From: Planktothrix sp. GU0601_MAG3
GTDB taxonomy: Bacteria; Cyanobacteriota; Cyanobacteriia; Cyanobacteriales; Microcoleaceae
DNA: 64,000 nucleotides
NCBI GenBank assembly: GCA_035193785.1
Contig: CP136572.1
Span: forward strand, 1,504,001 to 1,568,000
Direction: 5' to 3'
Under the pieces are notes generated by a model that saw only the letters and a program-made list of their open reading frames with translations, did no database searches and was not told the origin of the DNA. Position numbers and translations under genes: made by a program. Numbering within the stretch: the stretch's first letter is position 1; each line of letters begins with the position of its first letter. Shown here piece after piece: positions 11,506 through 23,092 of this stretch.

Positions 11506-12206
11506 TGGAACATTATCGAAGAAAAAAACAGAACCAGAATCGCCGAAAACGGCTGTTCTGGAGCAGTTTACTGCTGTTGACGTTAACCTTTATTGGGGTC
11601 AGAAGTTGCCAGGGAAGATCGGATTTTGAACCGTTAATTGATCAACAGGTAGAAGCACAATGGCCACCGTTAGTTATGCGGGGCGGAGATCCTTATATTC
11701 GGGCTTTGATGCGAACTATTTCCGCCAGTGAGTCTAGTTATTCTGACCCCTATCATGTTTTATATGGGGGGAAATATGTCTCTAGTTTACACAGCCATCC
11801 TGACCAATGTATGCGGATTATGGTTGGCCCGAATCAAGGCAAATGTAGCACCGCCGCCGGACGCTATCAAATGTTAAAAACTACCTGGGATGAAAAAGCC
11901 GAAAAATATCACCCAAAACCCGCTCAATTTTGGTTTTGGCTCCCCTATAGTTTTGAACCGGAATATCAAGATGCGGTGGTTTATCGTTGGTTATTAGATG
12001 ACAAATTTTGGGGCGTTAGTATTTCCCAATTATTGCGCGAAGAAAAAGTAGATCAGGTGTTAGAATTATTATCAGGAACCTGGACAAGTTTAGGCTATGG
12101 AATTGAAGATAATATGGTCACTAATTCCCTACCTAAAATTTATGAAAAGATTTTGCAAAATGAACTCAATCACGAAAATGGCAAGTTATTTAAAATGCCT
12201 CCTTAA
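11502..12206 (+). CDS. Lambda-lysozyme-like muramidase with N-terminal membrane anchor
   Basis: ISASES, STAAGRYQMLKTTW, WTSL motifs; basic then hydrophobic N-terminus. Confidence 0.75.
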   Translation: MMEHYRRKKQNQNRRKRLFWSSLLLLTLTFIGVRSCQGRSDFEPLIDQQVEAQWPPLVMRGGDPYIRALMRTISASESSYSDPYHVLYGGKYVSSLHSHPDQCMRIMVGPNQGKCSTAAGRYQMLKTTWDEKAEKYHPKPAQFWFWLPYSFEPEYQDAVVYRWLLDDKFWGVSISQLLREEKVDQVLELLSGTWTSLGYGIEDNMVTNSLPKIYEKILQNELNHENGKLFKMPP

Positions 12207-12227
12207 CCCCCATCCAGATCTATTGAT

Positions 12228-12840
12228 CTAACAAATTGGATGCTGACCAGGCTTAACCGCATGAATATTTTCGCTTCCTGACTGGGGCCATCCCCTTCGA
12301 TCACCCGCTTCTGATGGTTGTCCCCAACCCAATTGTAATAACATTTCTAAAAAACTCGATTTCTCCCACTTCCAAATACAAGCCCATTCCGTGCGTTGGA
12401 TAATAGCATCTACTTCTTCTGCGCAAATTTGACGATAATCCTTACCACTATTTAAACTTAAATATAAATCCATCCCGGCGGTTACATCAACCCAAAATTC
12501 TAATAATTTAATTTTTGCTGCTTTTAACTGTTCTAAATCATAGGGTAGAGCAATTAATTGTTCATTCACAAACGGAAACCGTAGGGTTTTTCCCCTAACA
12601 ACGATTTCCCGCCAAACAATCCCGGAAACTTGGTGTTCTTGTTGATATTGATGAATCGTTGCCTTAAAATGCTGATAGGCTGTAAACTTTTGAATCCCCT
12701 CCGGTTTTAAAAAGCAATCAACCACTGGATTACCAACCGCAGGAGTCGCCCTTAAATTCAAACGCTCCCCTTTCAGGCAGGCTTGGCGCTCCTGATTTAA
12801 TATTTGGATCAGTTTCCTCTGTACTGTAGATTTTTGACAT
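12228..12840 (-). CDS. Hypothetical protein (frameshift near 12812)
   Basis: MSKIYSTEELIQILNQERQACLKGER joins the 177-aa ORF. Confidence 0.6.
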
Positions 12841-12958
12841 CAGAAACGTCCTAAATTTTCGTTATTTATGGGATGGGTATGTAATTGAGGATATGGTAGT
12901 GCATCCGTCTCTAGGATGTCAAGGAACTGATCGGCAAGTTGCATCTCTTAAAGACTGA

Positions 12959-13471
12959 TTATTCGATAGAATTGAATTTGGATTTTAATAATTTTAGCCG
13001 ATCAGAACTCAGTTTAATTTTAACATCGATTAACTGTTGATGATCCCGAAATAAAATCATCCCATCTTTACTAACAGCCAAATCAGGATCGGTTAATTCT
13101 ATAATTTGATAGGGAGGTTTATAGACTTCGACTCGAATCACTACTTGCTGTTGAGATTGGGGAAAAATATATAGTCGTTGTTGTTGAGAATCTAGTTCTA
13201 ATTTATGGGGAGTAATACTCAGTTCTTGGGGGAGTTCTGGTTTAAAATAATAGAGTGTAATTCCGCGAATTTCTGGGTTTTTGACGGCAAAGGTTTCATC
13301 AAAACGTTGGGCTTGCCAATCTAAACCGCTTAAATAATCCCCATCGGTAGGAAGTAAACGTTGTTGCCAGCGAATTTCCTGACCCTGTAAGGATGCCCAC
13401 CACTGACGAATGGTATCCAGATGGGTGACCTTATCGGGGTGATTACTGCCTGACTGCCAAAGGGTTGTCAT
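12959..13471 (-). CDS. Hypothetical protein
   Basis: 170-aa ATG ORF with typical codon usage. Confidence 0.65.
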   Translation of the reverse strand: MTTLWQSGSNHPDKVTHLDTIRQWWASLQGQEIRWQQRLLPTDGDYLSGLDWQAQRFDETFAVKNPEIRGITLYYFKPELPQELSITPHKLELDSQQQRLYIFPQSQQQVVIRVEVYKPPYQIIELTDPDLAVSKDGMILFRDHQQLIDVKIKLSSDRLKLLKSKFNSIE

Positions 13472-13497
13472 AATTTTTTTTATCCTATTTTTTTTGT

Positions 13498-13688
13498 TAT
13501 AGCACTAGGGAATAGGGAATAGGGAATAGGGAACAGGGAACAGGGAACAGGGAACAGGGAACAGGGAACAGGGAACAGGGAACAGGGAATACTTCGACTT
13601 CGCTCAGTAACAAGGGAATAGGGAATATTAGGTTATGAGCAGGTTACAAGGTTTAGTATTATCAAATACCTTAATTGGTAGCACTATA
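13498..13688. repeat. MITE-like element with imperfect TATAG..CTATA termini and internal AGGGAAY heptamers
   Basis: Starts TATAGCACTA and ends TAGCACTATA; about 12 tandem AGGGAAT/AGGGAAC. Confidence 0.7.
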
Positions 13689-13727
13689 GTTCTCAACATC
13701 ACTTCTCGTAGATCTCCGACTTTCCAC

Positions 13728-14265
13728 CTAATATTCACCATAGCCGACTTGATCCAAACGATGTTGTTTTTCCAGAACAGATTGTTTGAGATTTTCCCGA
13801 TAGTCTTGAACTTTTTGTAAGAGTTCAGGATCATGACTGGCTAAGATTTGTACCGCTAATAAACCCGCATTTTTAGCATTCCCAATTGCCACCGTTGCCA
13901 CCGGAATTCCCCCGGGCATTTGTACAATTGAATATAGAGAATCAACCCCTTGTAACGTGCGAGTTGTTACTGGAAACCCCAATTACTGGTAGAGGGGTTA
14001 AAGATGCTACCATCCCGGGTAAATGGGCGGCTCCTCCGGCTCCGGCAATAATTACTTTTAATCCTCGCAAATGGGCGGTTTTAGCATATTCAAACATCCT
14101 TTCCGGGGTACGGTGGGCGGAAACAATGGCAACCTCATGGGGAATATTAAATTCCTCACAAACAGCGATCGCCGCCGCCATTGTGGGTAAATCTGAATCA
14201 CTCCCCATGATAATCCCCACCACAGGAGTAGAGTTAGTCGATAATAATGTAGAGTTCAAAGCCAA
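13728..14265 (-). CDS. purE: N5-CAIR mutase (frameshift near 13975)
   Basis: [38 protein letters not shown]. Confidence 0.93.
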
Positions 14266-14274
14266 CTATTCCTC

Positions 14275-15495
14275 ATGATCACAACACCACAGCCAGACGC
14301 CGTTAACTTCGATATTATCAATGTCCGTCTCCCCGGAACACAAAATTTACAACAAGTTTTAATTCGTCAGGGTAAAATCTTTGGCGTTGAAGCCATGCCG
14401 GGTTTATCTCAACCCACATCAACCGCAGCAATTCAACAACTAGATTTGCAAGGAGATTGGCTATCTTTGGGGGGAATAGATTTACAAATTAATGGGGCAT
14501 TAGGATTAGCTTTTCCCGATTTAGAACCGCAACATTTTTCCAAGTTGACCGAAATTTGCCAGTATTTATGGGCAAGGGGCATTGATGGGTTTATGCCCAC
14601 TATTGTCACCACTTCAATTGATAAAATTCAGCGATCGCTCGCCACAATAGCGGAATTTATCCAAACTGTTCCCCAAGACAAACCCACCGCCAAAATTCTC
14701 GGGGTGCATCTGGAGGGGCCATTTCTCAATCCCAGTAAACGGGGGGCCCATCCTCAAGAGCATTTATTACCCCTGACTTTGGAGCAGGTGCAACGGGTTC
14801 TAGGGGACTATGGAAACATCGTAAAAATCATTACCCTAGCCCCCGAATTAGACCCCACAGACAAGGTGATTCCCTATTTGAGAGATTTAGGGATAATTGT
14901 CAGTTTAGGCCATTCCCAAGCCACGGCAGCGCAGGCAGAACGCGCTTTTACCCTCGGGGCAACGATGGTAACCCATGCCTTTAATGCCATGCCCAGTCTG
15001 CACCATCGAGAACCGGGTTTATTAGGGACGGCTTTAGTTAACAAAAAGGTTCAATCGGGCTTTATTGCCGATGGACAGCACATTTCTCCCCTAATGGTTG
15101 ATTTGTTGTTACGGATGTCGGGAATTAACCAACCCAGCGAAGCCACGGATTTAATTCCCCTGTTTTTGGTGAGTGATGCCCTAGCCCCCTTGGGACTACC
15201 TGATGGGGTTTATCCTTGGGATGAACGACAAATTGAAGTGAAAGAAGGTACGGCCCGTTTAGTTGATGGCACCTTATCTGGAACCACCTTACCTTTATTG
15301 GTAGGGGTAGAAAATTTGGTGAAGTGGAATTGTTGTGGTGTGGGAGAGGCGATCGCCTTAGCCACGATTGCCCCGAGGCAAGCCTTGGGTCTATTTTCCC
15401 CCCAGGGTGAATCCGCCAGTCAGCTTTGGCGCTGGAAATTTGATCCAACCTCCGAAACCGTCACCTTGAATGGGCAGCGACTCTTAGCATTTTAA
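14275..15495 (+). CDS. nagA: N-acetylglucosamine-6-phosphate deacetylase
   Basis: GVHLEGPF, TLAPE, THAFNAM, IADGQH. Confidence 0.9.
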   Translation: MITTPQPDAVNFDIINVRLPGTQNLQQVLIRQGKIFGVEAMPGLSQPTSTAAIQQLDLQGDWLSLGGIDLQINGALGLAFPDLEPQHFSKLTEICQYLWARGIDGFMPTIVTTSIDKIQRSLATIAEFIQTVPQDKPTAKILGVHLEGPFLNPSKRGAHPQEHLLPLTLEQVQRVLGDYGNIVKIITLAPELDPTDKVIPYLRDLGIIVSLGHSQATAAQAERAFTLGATMVTHAFNAMPSLHHREPGLLGTALVNKKVQSGFIADGQHISPLMVDLLLRMSGINQPSEATDLIPLFLVSDALAPLGLPDGVYPWDERQIEVKEGTARLVDGTLSGTTLPLLVGVENLVKWNCCGVGEAIALATIAPRQALGLFSPQGESASQLWRWKFDPTSETVTLNGQRLLAF

Positions 15496-15569
15496 TCGTC
15501 AACTTGCCAACAGATCAAATAAAATAAAGTTGAGTAAATGAGTCCTACTGTTAACTTTTATATACAAAT

Positions 15570-15782
15570 ATGGGTGAAGCAAAACGCCGGAAAGATTCCA
15601 TGGGAGAACGTTATGGCCAAGATGAAAAAATTGTCCCCTGGTTTCCCGTCACTAAAAACCAAAGTCGAAAATTCATAGAAATTACGACTAAAGCCAGTTG
15701 GCTTGGGATTGGTTTACTGGTTGTTGTTTGGGTTGCGATTCGATTTATTGGCCCGGGACTCGGGTGGTGGCAAATTGACTGA
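15570..15782 (+). CDS. DUF2839-like small membrane protein
   Basis: MGEAKRRK...RFIGPGLGWW. Confidence 0.75.
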   Translation: MGEAKRRKDSMGERYGQDEKIVPWFPVTKNQSRKFIEITTKASWLGIGLLVVVWVAIRFIGPGLGWWQID

Positions 15783-16160
15783 GGTTAGGGTAAGGTTTCC
15801 TTACCTGGAAGGGATTTCCCAGGGCGACGTCTCCAAAATCCGATGACCGGGGTTTAAACTGATCACAAATATTAAATCCTTTTATCGGTTTAGACCCGAT
15901 TTTCCTGCTAATCCTTTGTGTATCAGGATATTAGCCTAGTTGAAACAGTAAAGTTAGAAAAATTTAGGGTTATTGTTTTCCTAGATACCTTCTCAACGGA
16001 GGGTTTTGGTTAACCTGCAAAACAGTCCCTATTCCGACACTGGGGGGGGTGATCTTTTCAATTTAGGCTGATCAGACTAAGATTAATGTTTCAGCACCAT
16101 AATTTTAAGATTATGTTACATTTTGTAAATAATCCTAGGTGTGGTGATAGGAGGAGAATT

Positions 16161-16511
16161 ATGTTTCTCAGAATTGCAGAACAACACCGCAAATTCGTTC
16201 AGGACTTGGTGATGAACCTCCAAGCTCTGGCTACGGTGCTAGAAAGACAGGGGTATCTCGCCTCCTGCTATACCTGCGGCGGTCAGATGAATAGTGCCTC
16301 ATTCATGGTTAGTTTGGGCGAAAGTCATTTGATTCGTTTCCTGGTATCAGACTATGGAATTACCTGGACAGAAATGCGTGATGACCGGGAACTCATGAAA
16401 TTAGAGGGCGCCGAGGCCATTCAACAATTGCAGGAGTTAGCCAATTTGGTCATTTACAGAGGAGTACCATCTCCCCATCTGATGAGTCCCAAACTTGCCC
16501 AGCGTGTTTAG
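16161..16511 (+). CDS. DUF1815-like protein
   Basis: AGGAG RBS; MFLRIAEQHRKFVQDLVMNLQALA, SCYTCGG. Confidence 0.75.
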   Translation: MFLRIAEQHRKFVQDLVMNLQALATVLERQGYLASCYTCGGQMNSASFMVSLGESHLIRFLVSDYGITWTEMRDDRELMKLEGAEAIQQLQELANLVIYRGVPSPHLMSPKLAQRV

Positions 16512-16674
16512 AAGATGCGGAATTGCCCATTGACAGACCTAATGAAGTTGATGGAGTTAACCCCCGTCGGTGGTAATCTGAAATCATCGAGCAACTGTTT
16601 AACATTGCTCCAATCCGTTAAGGAAATTCTCTAAGACCTTAGCCTAGGCACTTGTGAGCATTATATTGGAGTTT

Positions 16675-17551
16675 ATGGTGACATTAGAATCTGATTGGCA
16701 ACATCTGTTTGTAGAAACGAATAACATTCGTTTACACACGGTTACCCAAGGTGAGGGTGAAACTCGTCATACTGCTGCATGGATTTCCTGAATTTTGGTA
16801 CGCTTGGCGCTATCAAATTCCGGCTTTGGCTCGTCATTTTAAAGTTGTTGTGCCCGATTTACGGGGATATAATGATTCTGATAAGCCGGATAGTGGCTAT
16901 GATTTAGACACCCTGGTGGCTGATATTCAAGGCTTGATTCAACGGTTGGGCTATGTGAAAGCTCATATTGTTGGACATGACTGGGGGGGATTAATTGCCT
17001 GGCATTTTGCCCAGAAGTTTCCCGAATCTCTGAATCGTTTGGCGATTCTTAACGCTCCTCCCCCTTATCGCTTTGTACAAGAATTGGTTAGTAATTTGGA
17101 TCAAATTCGCCGCAGTTGGTTCGTTTTTGCCTTTCAAGTTCCGGGGATTCCCGAATGGTTAATCCAACAAAATTTAAAAGAATTTGTCACCAATGCGTTG
17201 CGAGAACACGCTATCCGTAAGGGTGCTTTTAGTGCCGAAGAAACTCAAATTTATGAAGCAGCTTTAGAAAAACCTGGGGTATTAAAAGCAGCGATGAGTT
17301 ATTATCGTCATTTGTTTTGGCCGCCTACTTGGTTGTTAAATTTGACAAAAACCCCGGTGAAAGTTTTATCTCCGACTTTGGTATTATGGGGAAAGGAAGA
17401 CTCGTTTTTAAGTTATCATCTAACGGAAGGTTTAGATAGAATAATTGCCGCCCCGTTTAAACTACAATTAATCCCCGATTGTGGTCACTGGATGCAACAG
17501 GAAGTTCCCCAAACCGTGAATCGGGAATTGTTGAATTTTTTAAGACCTTAG
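16675..17551 (+). CDS. Alpha/beta (epoxide-type) hydrolase (frameshift near 16760)
   Basis: LLHGFPEFWY, GHDWGG, GHWMQQE. Confidence 0.85.
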
Positions 17552-17575
17552 TTGTAGGTTAATTGGGTTTAAATC

Positions 17576-18293
17576 CTACAATTCATCGGGATTGATTCCC
17601 ATTTCTCTTAATCTTTCTGCTAATAATTGCGATCGCTGTCGTTCTGATTCTAAGGCGGTTTCGGCTATTTCTGCCCGTTGACGCTCAGTTTCAGTCCGTT
17701 GTTTTTCTCCCTCTAACCGTTGCATAATTTCAACATAGGAGACAAATTTATCGCCATTGGGATGATAGATTTGTAGTTCTTCTGCGGACAAATCAAAGCG
17801 AATTCCTAAACGGGGACTCACCCAATTGTCGAGGGTTTCTATTAAATCTAATCCTTCATCATTTCTTAGCCAACCTTTGAAATGATTAGCTTCAGGATCA
17901 TAAATATAATATTCTTCGACACCATAGCGATCATAAAATACTAATTTGCGATCCATCTCATTCTGAGTATTTCCAGGGGAGAGAATTTCAAAAACAACTT
18001 GGGGAGGAATATTATCTTCTTCCCATTGTTTATAAGAAACCCCGTTTTCCCTTGGGTCTTCCCAATACCGTTAATACATCAGGTGCATTCACAATATGGG
18101 GTTTTCCCTGCACTGGATACCAAAATAAATCCCCAGCAATAAACACATCAGGATTATCCGCAAATAACCCTTCTAAATTCTGTTCAATGACAACAATCCA
18201 GTGAAATTGTTCGGTATTATTGGCCATCGGTTTGCCATCGGTTTCTGGATAGATAATCTCCGTGGAAATTACAGATTTAAGTTCTGTCACCAT
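17576..18293 (-). CDS. Uma2-family endonuclease-fold protein (frameshift near 18035)
   Basis: YPETDGKPMANNTEQF, FYDRYGVEEYYIYDP, C-terminal coiled coil. Confidence 0.8.
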
Positions 18294-18409
18294 AACCTTA
18301 ACGGGATATTGGTTAATATTCAAAGTCAATATCTAAAGCATTATAGCAGTTGCCACATCTATTAGGAAATTCTTGAAAGCTAGAAGCTGCTCATAGTAAC
18401 TATTTACCT

Positions 18410-18503
18410 AAGTAGGTAGGTAGGGAGAAACAAAAAGATGTAAAGATCAATAAAAAAGCTAAATTTTCATTACATACTTTTAGATTTTCCCGCCTACCTA
18501 CTT
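18410..18503. repeat. MITE-like element with terminal IR AAGTAGGTAGG/CCTACCTACTT
   Basis: Perfect 11-bp inverted repeat around an AT-rich core. Confidence 0.6.
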
Positions 18504-18701
18504 GAACCATCCCGTTTATATTTTATTTATATTAATTTACGGGGGGTTATTCGGTTTATTAAAAAAATTAATCGGTAAATCGGAAGTTTTTAGTCAATAG
18601 ACAAGCTTGCTGGTGTCTATGTTCCTCATTGGCATCTTGTTTATTTTTTTTGTATAATTAATTTACCCCTAATATAAATAACTAGATTCAATAATGAAAT
18701 T

Positions 18702-19275
18702 ATGATTAAAATTGAAGATAAACCCCAAATTCAATCTCTCTCCCTAGAGGAATTTTTAACCCAACCGGAAACCAAACCCGCCCAAGAATATATTAACGGA
18801 GTTGTTTATCAAAAACCCATGCCAAAAGGAAAACATAGTCGCATTCAAAAATGCCTTATTGATTCTATTAGCCAGGTCGCTGAAACTCAACATTTAGCCT
18901 GTGCTTTCCCTGAGTTACGCTGTAGTTTTGGCGGGCGTTCTATTGTTCCTGATATAGTTGTATTGGAATGGCAGAATATTCCCCTAGATGAACAAGGAGA
19001 AATCGCTAATGATGTTACTATTGCCCCAGATTGGACAATTGAAATATTATCCCCAGAACAAAATACAACCCGTGTAATTAATAATATTTTATTCTGTTTA
19101 AAACATCAAACACAATTAGGTTGGTTGATTGAAACCGCAAGAAAGACTGGTATTAGTATTTAAACCCAAACAACAACCGGAAGTATTTGAAGGAGAACAA
19201 ATTTTACCCGTTTTAGATATATTAAAAGATTACCAATTATCCGTTAATGAATTATTCCGTTGGTTAACTTTTTAA
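18702..19275 (+). CDS. Uma2-family endonuclease-fold protein (frameshift near 19135)
   Basis: PETKPAQEYING, SIVPDI, PDWTIEILSP. Confidence 0.8.
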
Positions 19276-19328
19276 GTCAAGAAGAAACCACAAAGACACT
19301 AAGAAATAGATAGGTTGGCTTAATGACC

Positions 19329-20930
19329 CTAAAGGGAGTCGGCTAAGTGTTTTTTTAGGGTGGCGACGGGTAAGGGGCCTTGAAGATGTTGCCAAGGTAA
19401 TACTTGATCTAAATCCCAATTTTGGTTAACATAATATTCCATAGTGGGTAATTTTCCCCGTAATTCTTTGAAGGCGCGGCGATAACTTCCTAGGGATTCT
19501 CCATAGTTTCTAACTAATTCTAATAGATCGGAAAGACGGCGATCGCCCCTAGAAAGTAAGGCTTGAATTACCGACCATTTATAACTTTCTGGTCTAAAAT
19601 CTATCCCATTTGATTTTAACTGTTTTTCTAATAATTTTAGTCGTTTTTCGGCATCGGGATTCACCCCAAACCATTGAAAGGGAGTATGGGATTTGGGCAC
19701 AAAGGTACTACAACCCAAGGTTAATCTAAAGCCTGGAGCCGCTTTTTTTAAGGCTTTCATTAGGTCTACCGTAGCCTGTACGTCCTCTAATTCTTCCCCT
19801 GGTATCCCCACCATCCCATAGATTTTCATGCCCTGCAAACCGCCATTTTTAGCGTTAATAATGGCTTGCAAAATTTCCTCGTTTTCTAATTTTTTATTAA
19901 TAATTTTTCGCAGGCGATCGCTACCAGTTTCGACGGCAATTGTCAAGGTGCGAGTCTCTCTTTTTGCTAAGGTTTTTGCCAGTTTTTCGGTTACGGTATT
20001 AGTTCTAACTGAAGCAATACTTAACCGCACATCATCATATTTCGGTTGGGTTAAATAGTCTAATAATTGCTCAAATTCGGGATGTTGTGTTACCGATGCT
20101 CCTAATAAACCTAAACGCCTTGTTACTTGCAGTCCCTTTTCAATTGCGGGAATTAATGAGGCTTCTAAACTAGCAGTTCTAAAGGGTAAAGTCAAATAAC
20201 TGGCTAAACAAAAACGGCACATTTCAGGACAACTGCGAACCACTTCTACCATATAAATATTTTCCCAAGCGGCTTTTTCTGTCACCACCGTTGAAGCGGA
20301 TAGAATATTACCCCGATAGGTTTGTTTTTGGACTTGGGAAGGAATAGTAGAATCTAGGGGTTTAATATCTTCAATTTCACCCTCTAAACTGTGATAGGAT
20401 ACTTGATATAAACTGGGAATATAAATGCCCGGAATCTGTGCTAAATGACGTAATTGGGTAAGGCGAGATTCATGGCGAACCTGTTGATAAGCGTCTATGA
20501 AATTTCCCAATAAATTTTCCCCATCCCCGAGTAAAATAATATCAAAGAAATCGGCAAAGGGTTCGGGATTAGCGGTTAATACGGGGCCACCTCCAAAAAT
20601 TAAGGGGTGTTTTTCAGTTCTTTTAACTGAACGTAAGGGAATATTTAAAAATTCTAAACGCTCAAAAATATTGACATAATCAAGTTCCCAAGAAAAGGAA
20701 AAACCTATCAGTTCAGGATGTTGGGGTAAGGGTTCATGTAAATCGGTAAATAGACGACTCACTTCCACATCGGAACGTGCGGCTAAAGTTGCCCAAACCA
20801 GTTGATATCCTAAACTGGTAATGCCAACAGTATATTCATTGGGAAAGGCAAAAATAACTGGAATGGCATCTAAATTAGAGGGCGTCGGAGTAAAAAGTAA
20901 ACGTTCAGCATCAAAGACGGAATCAGTCAT
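19329..20930 (-). CDS. B12-binding-like radical SAM protein
   Basis: CPEMCRFC radical SAM motif; GGPVLTANPEP. Confidence 0.85.
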   Translation of the reverse strand: MTDSVFDAERLLFTPTPSNLDAIPVIFAFPNEYTVGITSLGYQLVWATLAARSDVEVSRLFTDLHEPLPQHPELIGFSFSWELDYVNIFERLEFLNIPLRSVKRTEKHPLIFGGGPVLTANPEPFADFFDIILLGDGENLLGNFIDAYQQVRHESRLTQLRHLAQIPGIYIPSLYQVSYHSLEGEIEDIKPLDSTIPSQVQKQTYRGNILSASTVVTEKAAWENIYMVEVVRSCPEMCRFCLASYLTLPFRTASLEASLIPAIEKGLQVTRRLGLLGASVTQHPEFEQLLDYLTQPKYDDVRLSIASVRTNTVTEKLAKTLAKRETRTLTIAVETGSDRLRKIINKKLENEEILQAIINAKNGGLQGMKIYGMVGIPGEELEDVQATVDLMKALKKAAPGFRLTLGCSTFVPKSHTPFQWFGVNPDAEKRLKLLEKQLKSNGIDFRPESYKWSVIQALLSRGDRRLSDLLELVRNYGESLGSYRRAFKELRGKLPTMEYYVNQNWDLDQVLPWQHLQGPLPVATLKKHLADSL

Positions 20931-21141
20931 CAGTCATCAGTCATCAGTTATCAGTCATCAGTCATCAGTTTAAGAGTTATCAGTCATCAGTTATTGGTTA
21001 ATCGGTTAACAGTTATTGGTTAACAGTCATTAGTTACCAGTTATCAGAAACATCAACTCTTACACTGATACTAATTAAACTGATAACTGATTAGACTTAT
21101 AACTTATAACTGTTAACTGTTAACTGATAACTGATAACTGA
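20921..21141. repeat. Inverted STRR arrays (ATCAGTY / ATAACTG) around the TCTTACACTGA core
   Basis: Direct reading. Confidence 0.75.
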
Positions 21142-21261
21142 TTAGAAGGAGGAACCTATACCTACATAGGAACCATAGAAAAACAAACCAACCACCACTA
21201 AAACGCCAGTTCCGGCAACAGTGGCGACTAACCACAAAGGAAGTCTACCTGATTGCAACAC
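21142..21261 (-). CDS. psbJ: Photosystem II protein J
   Basis: Manual translation from [42 protein letters not shown]. Confidence 0.93.
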   Translation of the reverse strand: MLQSGRLPLWLVATVAGTGVLVVVGLFFYGSYVGIGSSF

Positions 21262-21421
21262 AGTTATTACCTCGTTAATTCAAAGTTTAATTGACAAGGG
21301 ATTTTAGATTTTGGATATGAGATTTAGGATAAATATTTTAGAAAAAAATATGTTTCTTCAATCGACGTTCGTGAAGCGTCACGAAGTGAATCCAAAATCG
21401 TTAAATCGAGAAAAAATCCAG

Positions 21422-21541
21422 TTAGTTAAAGAAATAACTGGAGAACAAAATACCCACAACAAAAACCAACAGCAAACCCAAATAGAGTGAAGTTCTGTTC
21501 AACTCCACAGGTTGGCGATTAGGATTATTACTGCGATCCAT
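21422..21541 (-). CDS. psbL: Photosystem II protein L
   Basis: [39 protein letters not shown]. Confidence 0.95.
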   Translation of the reverse strand: MDRSNNPNRQPVELNRTSLYLGLLLVFVVGILFSSYFFN

Positions 21542-21551
21542 AGTTAGTCTC

Positions 21552-21689
21552 CTATCGTTGAATAAATTGCATAGCCGCGATCGCACCCAGGAAAAAAACC
21601 GTAGGTACCGCCAAAGTATGAATTGCTAACCAACGAACACTAAAAATCGGATAAGTTATCGGTTCATTGGAACTGCCACCAGTTGCCAT
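21552..21689 (-). CDS. psbF: Cytochrome b559 beta subunit
   Basis: [33 protein letters not shown]. Confidence 0.95.
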   Translation of the reverse strand: MATGGSSNEPITYPIFSVRWLAIHTLAVPTVFFLGAIAAMQFIQR

Positions 21690-21710
21690 CTTATTAAACT
21701 CCTATGTCAA

Positions 21711-21959
21711 CTATTTACTAGTAAAGTCGCCAATTTGTGATTTGCTACTAAAGCGATCGCTTACAATCGGAATTTCCTGCCGTTGTTGAGTAAAATACTC
21801 ATCGGGGCGAGGAGTTCCAAAGGTATCGTAAGCCAGACCCGTGCTGATAAACAGCCAACCCGCAATAAATAGAGCCGGAATAGTAATACTGTGAATTACC
21901 CAATACCGGATACTGGTAATAATATCCCCAAAAGGACGCTCTCCAGTTGTACCTGACAT
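21711..21959 (-). CDS. psbE: Cytochrome b559 alpha subunit
   Basis: [28 protein letters not shown]. Confidence 0.97.
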   Translation of the reverse strand: MSGTTGERPFGDIITSIRYWVIHSITIPALFIAGWLFISTGLAYDTFGTPRPDEYFTQQRQEIPIVSDRFSSKSQIGDFTSK

Positions 21960-22058
21960 CGTTAAATCTCCTCAAGGAACAGTTAAATACTCAACTCTAA
22001 TGATACGGGAGCAGGGAATGTGGAACAAGCCTACTCCATAGATTTCCTTGGAATCAGT

Positions 22059-23076
22059 TTAAGCCGTTTGTGGGGTAGAACCCTGATAACGGAGCAAAGC
22101 CCCCCGTTGGCCCAGGACATAGCCCTGTTCCGCGCTAAAAAACTTGATTTTGTACAGGTTAGACGGGACATTTTCCACTAACCCATCCTTTTGCCAGGTT
22201 TTACCCCCATCCAAACTACAGAGGAGATTACCACTCCCACCACTCACCCAAATTTCCTCTGGGGTGCGATAGGCCAAATCCAAAAATCCCCAACTGGTTG
22301 AATATTCAGGGTTAATGGGTTCACCCCACTCCTGGGGATTCTCCGGGTCAGTAAATCGTAATTCACCCCCACGAGCAATCATCCAGAGGCGGCCATCCTG
22401 ACCAAAGCCAATTTTCTCCAATCGCTTAGAACTAGAACGATTATGGGGTTTCCCAGGCTTGAGATCCTGGTTCCCAAGTCGAGTAAAAATTGCCCTTCGC
22501 CGAAACGCTAATATAGCGACCCTCCTCAGAGCGAGATAGATTTCTGACAAAACCCACGGCATCTTCCACCAGGGCTGTCCAGGTTTTCCCGCCATCTTCG
22601 GTTTGGTAAATTGCGCCCAAATCCGTAGTCATCTCAGCCCGATTAGGACTCAGAGCCACAATACTATAGGGGGCGCCGGGTAACTTGGCATTCAGAAGAA
22701 TCCGATCCCAAGTTTGGCCCTCATTGGTCGTGTGCAGCAGAATCGAAGGAAGTCCCACAATCCACCCCTCGGCTCCATTAAAGCTAATGGAGTTAAAGCG
22801 AACCTTTTCTCCCCCCAAATCCAGTTGTTTCACGTCCCAATGGTCACCGCCATCAGTTGTTTCCAATAGCGTAGCCTCACTCCCCACAACCCAACCCCGT
22901 TGGGGATTAGTTCCGGTAAAGGCAATATCGGCCAAATTGGCTTGGGTTCCCGTGGAAACCACTTCCCAGGGGTTGTAACTGAGTTGGGGCAAGTAGCGAC
23001 AGCTAACACAGATAAGAGCAACTGTCAATACTATAACGATTTTTTGCAAAAATTTAACAATGTGCATCAGATTCAA
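22059..23076 (-). CDS. ycf48: PSII assembly factor Ycf48/HCF136 (frameshift near 22452)
   Basis: Repeated T.DGG.TW beta-propeller motifs; rubA-ycf48-psbE synteny. Confidence 0.9.
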
Positions 23077-23092
23077 AGAAATTTAAACTCCC

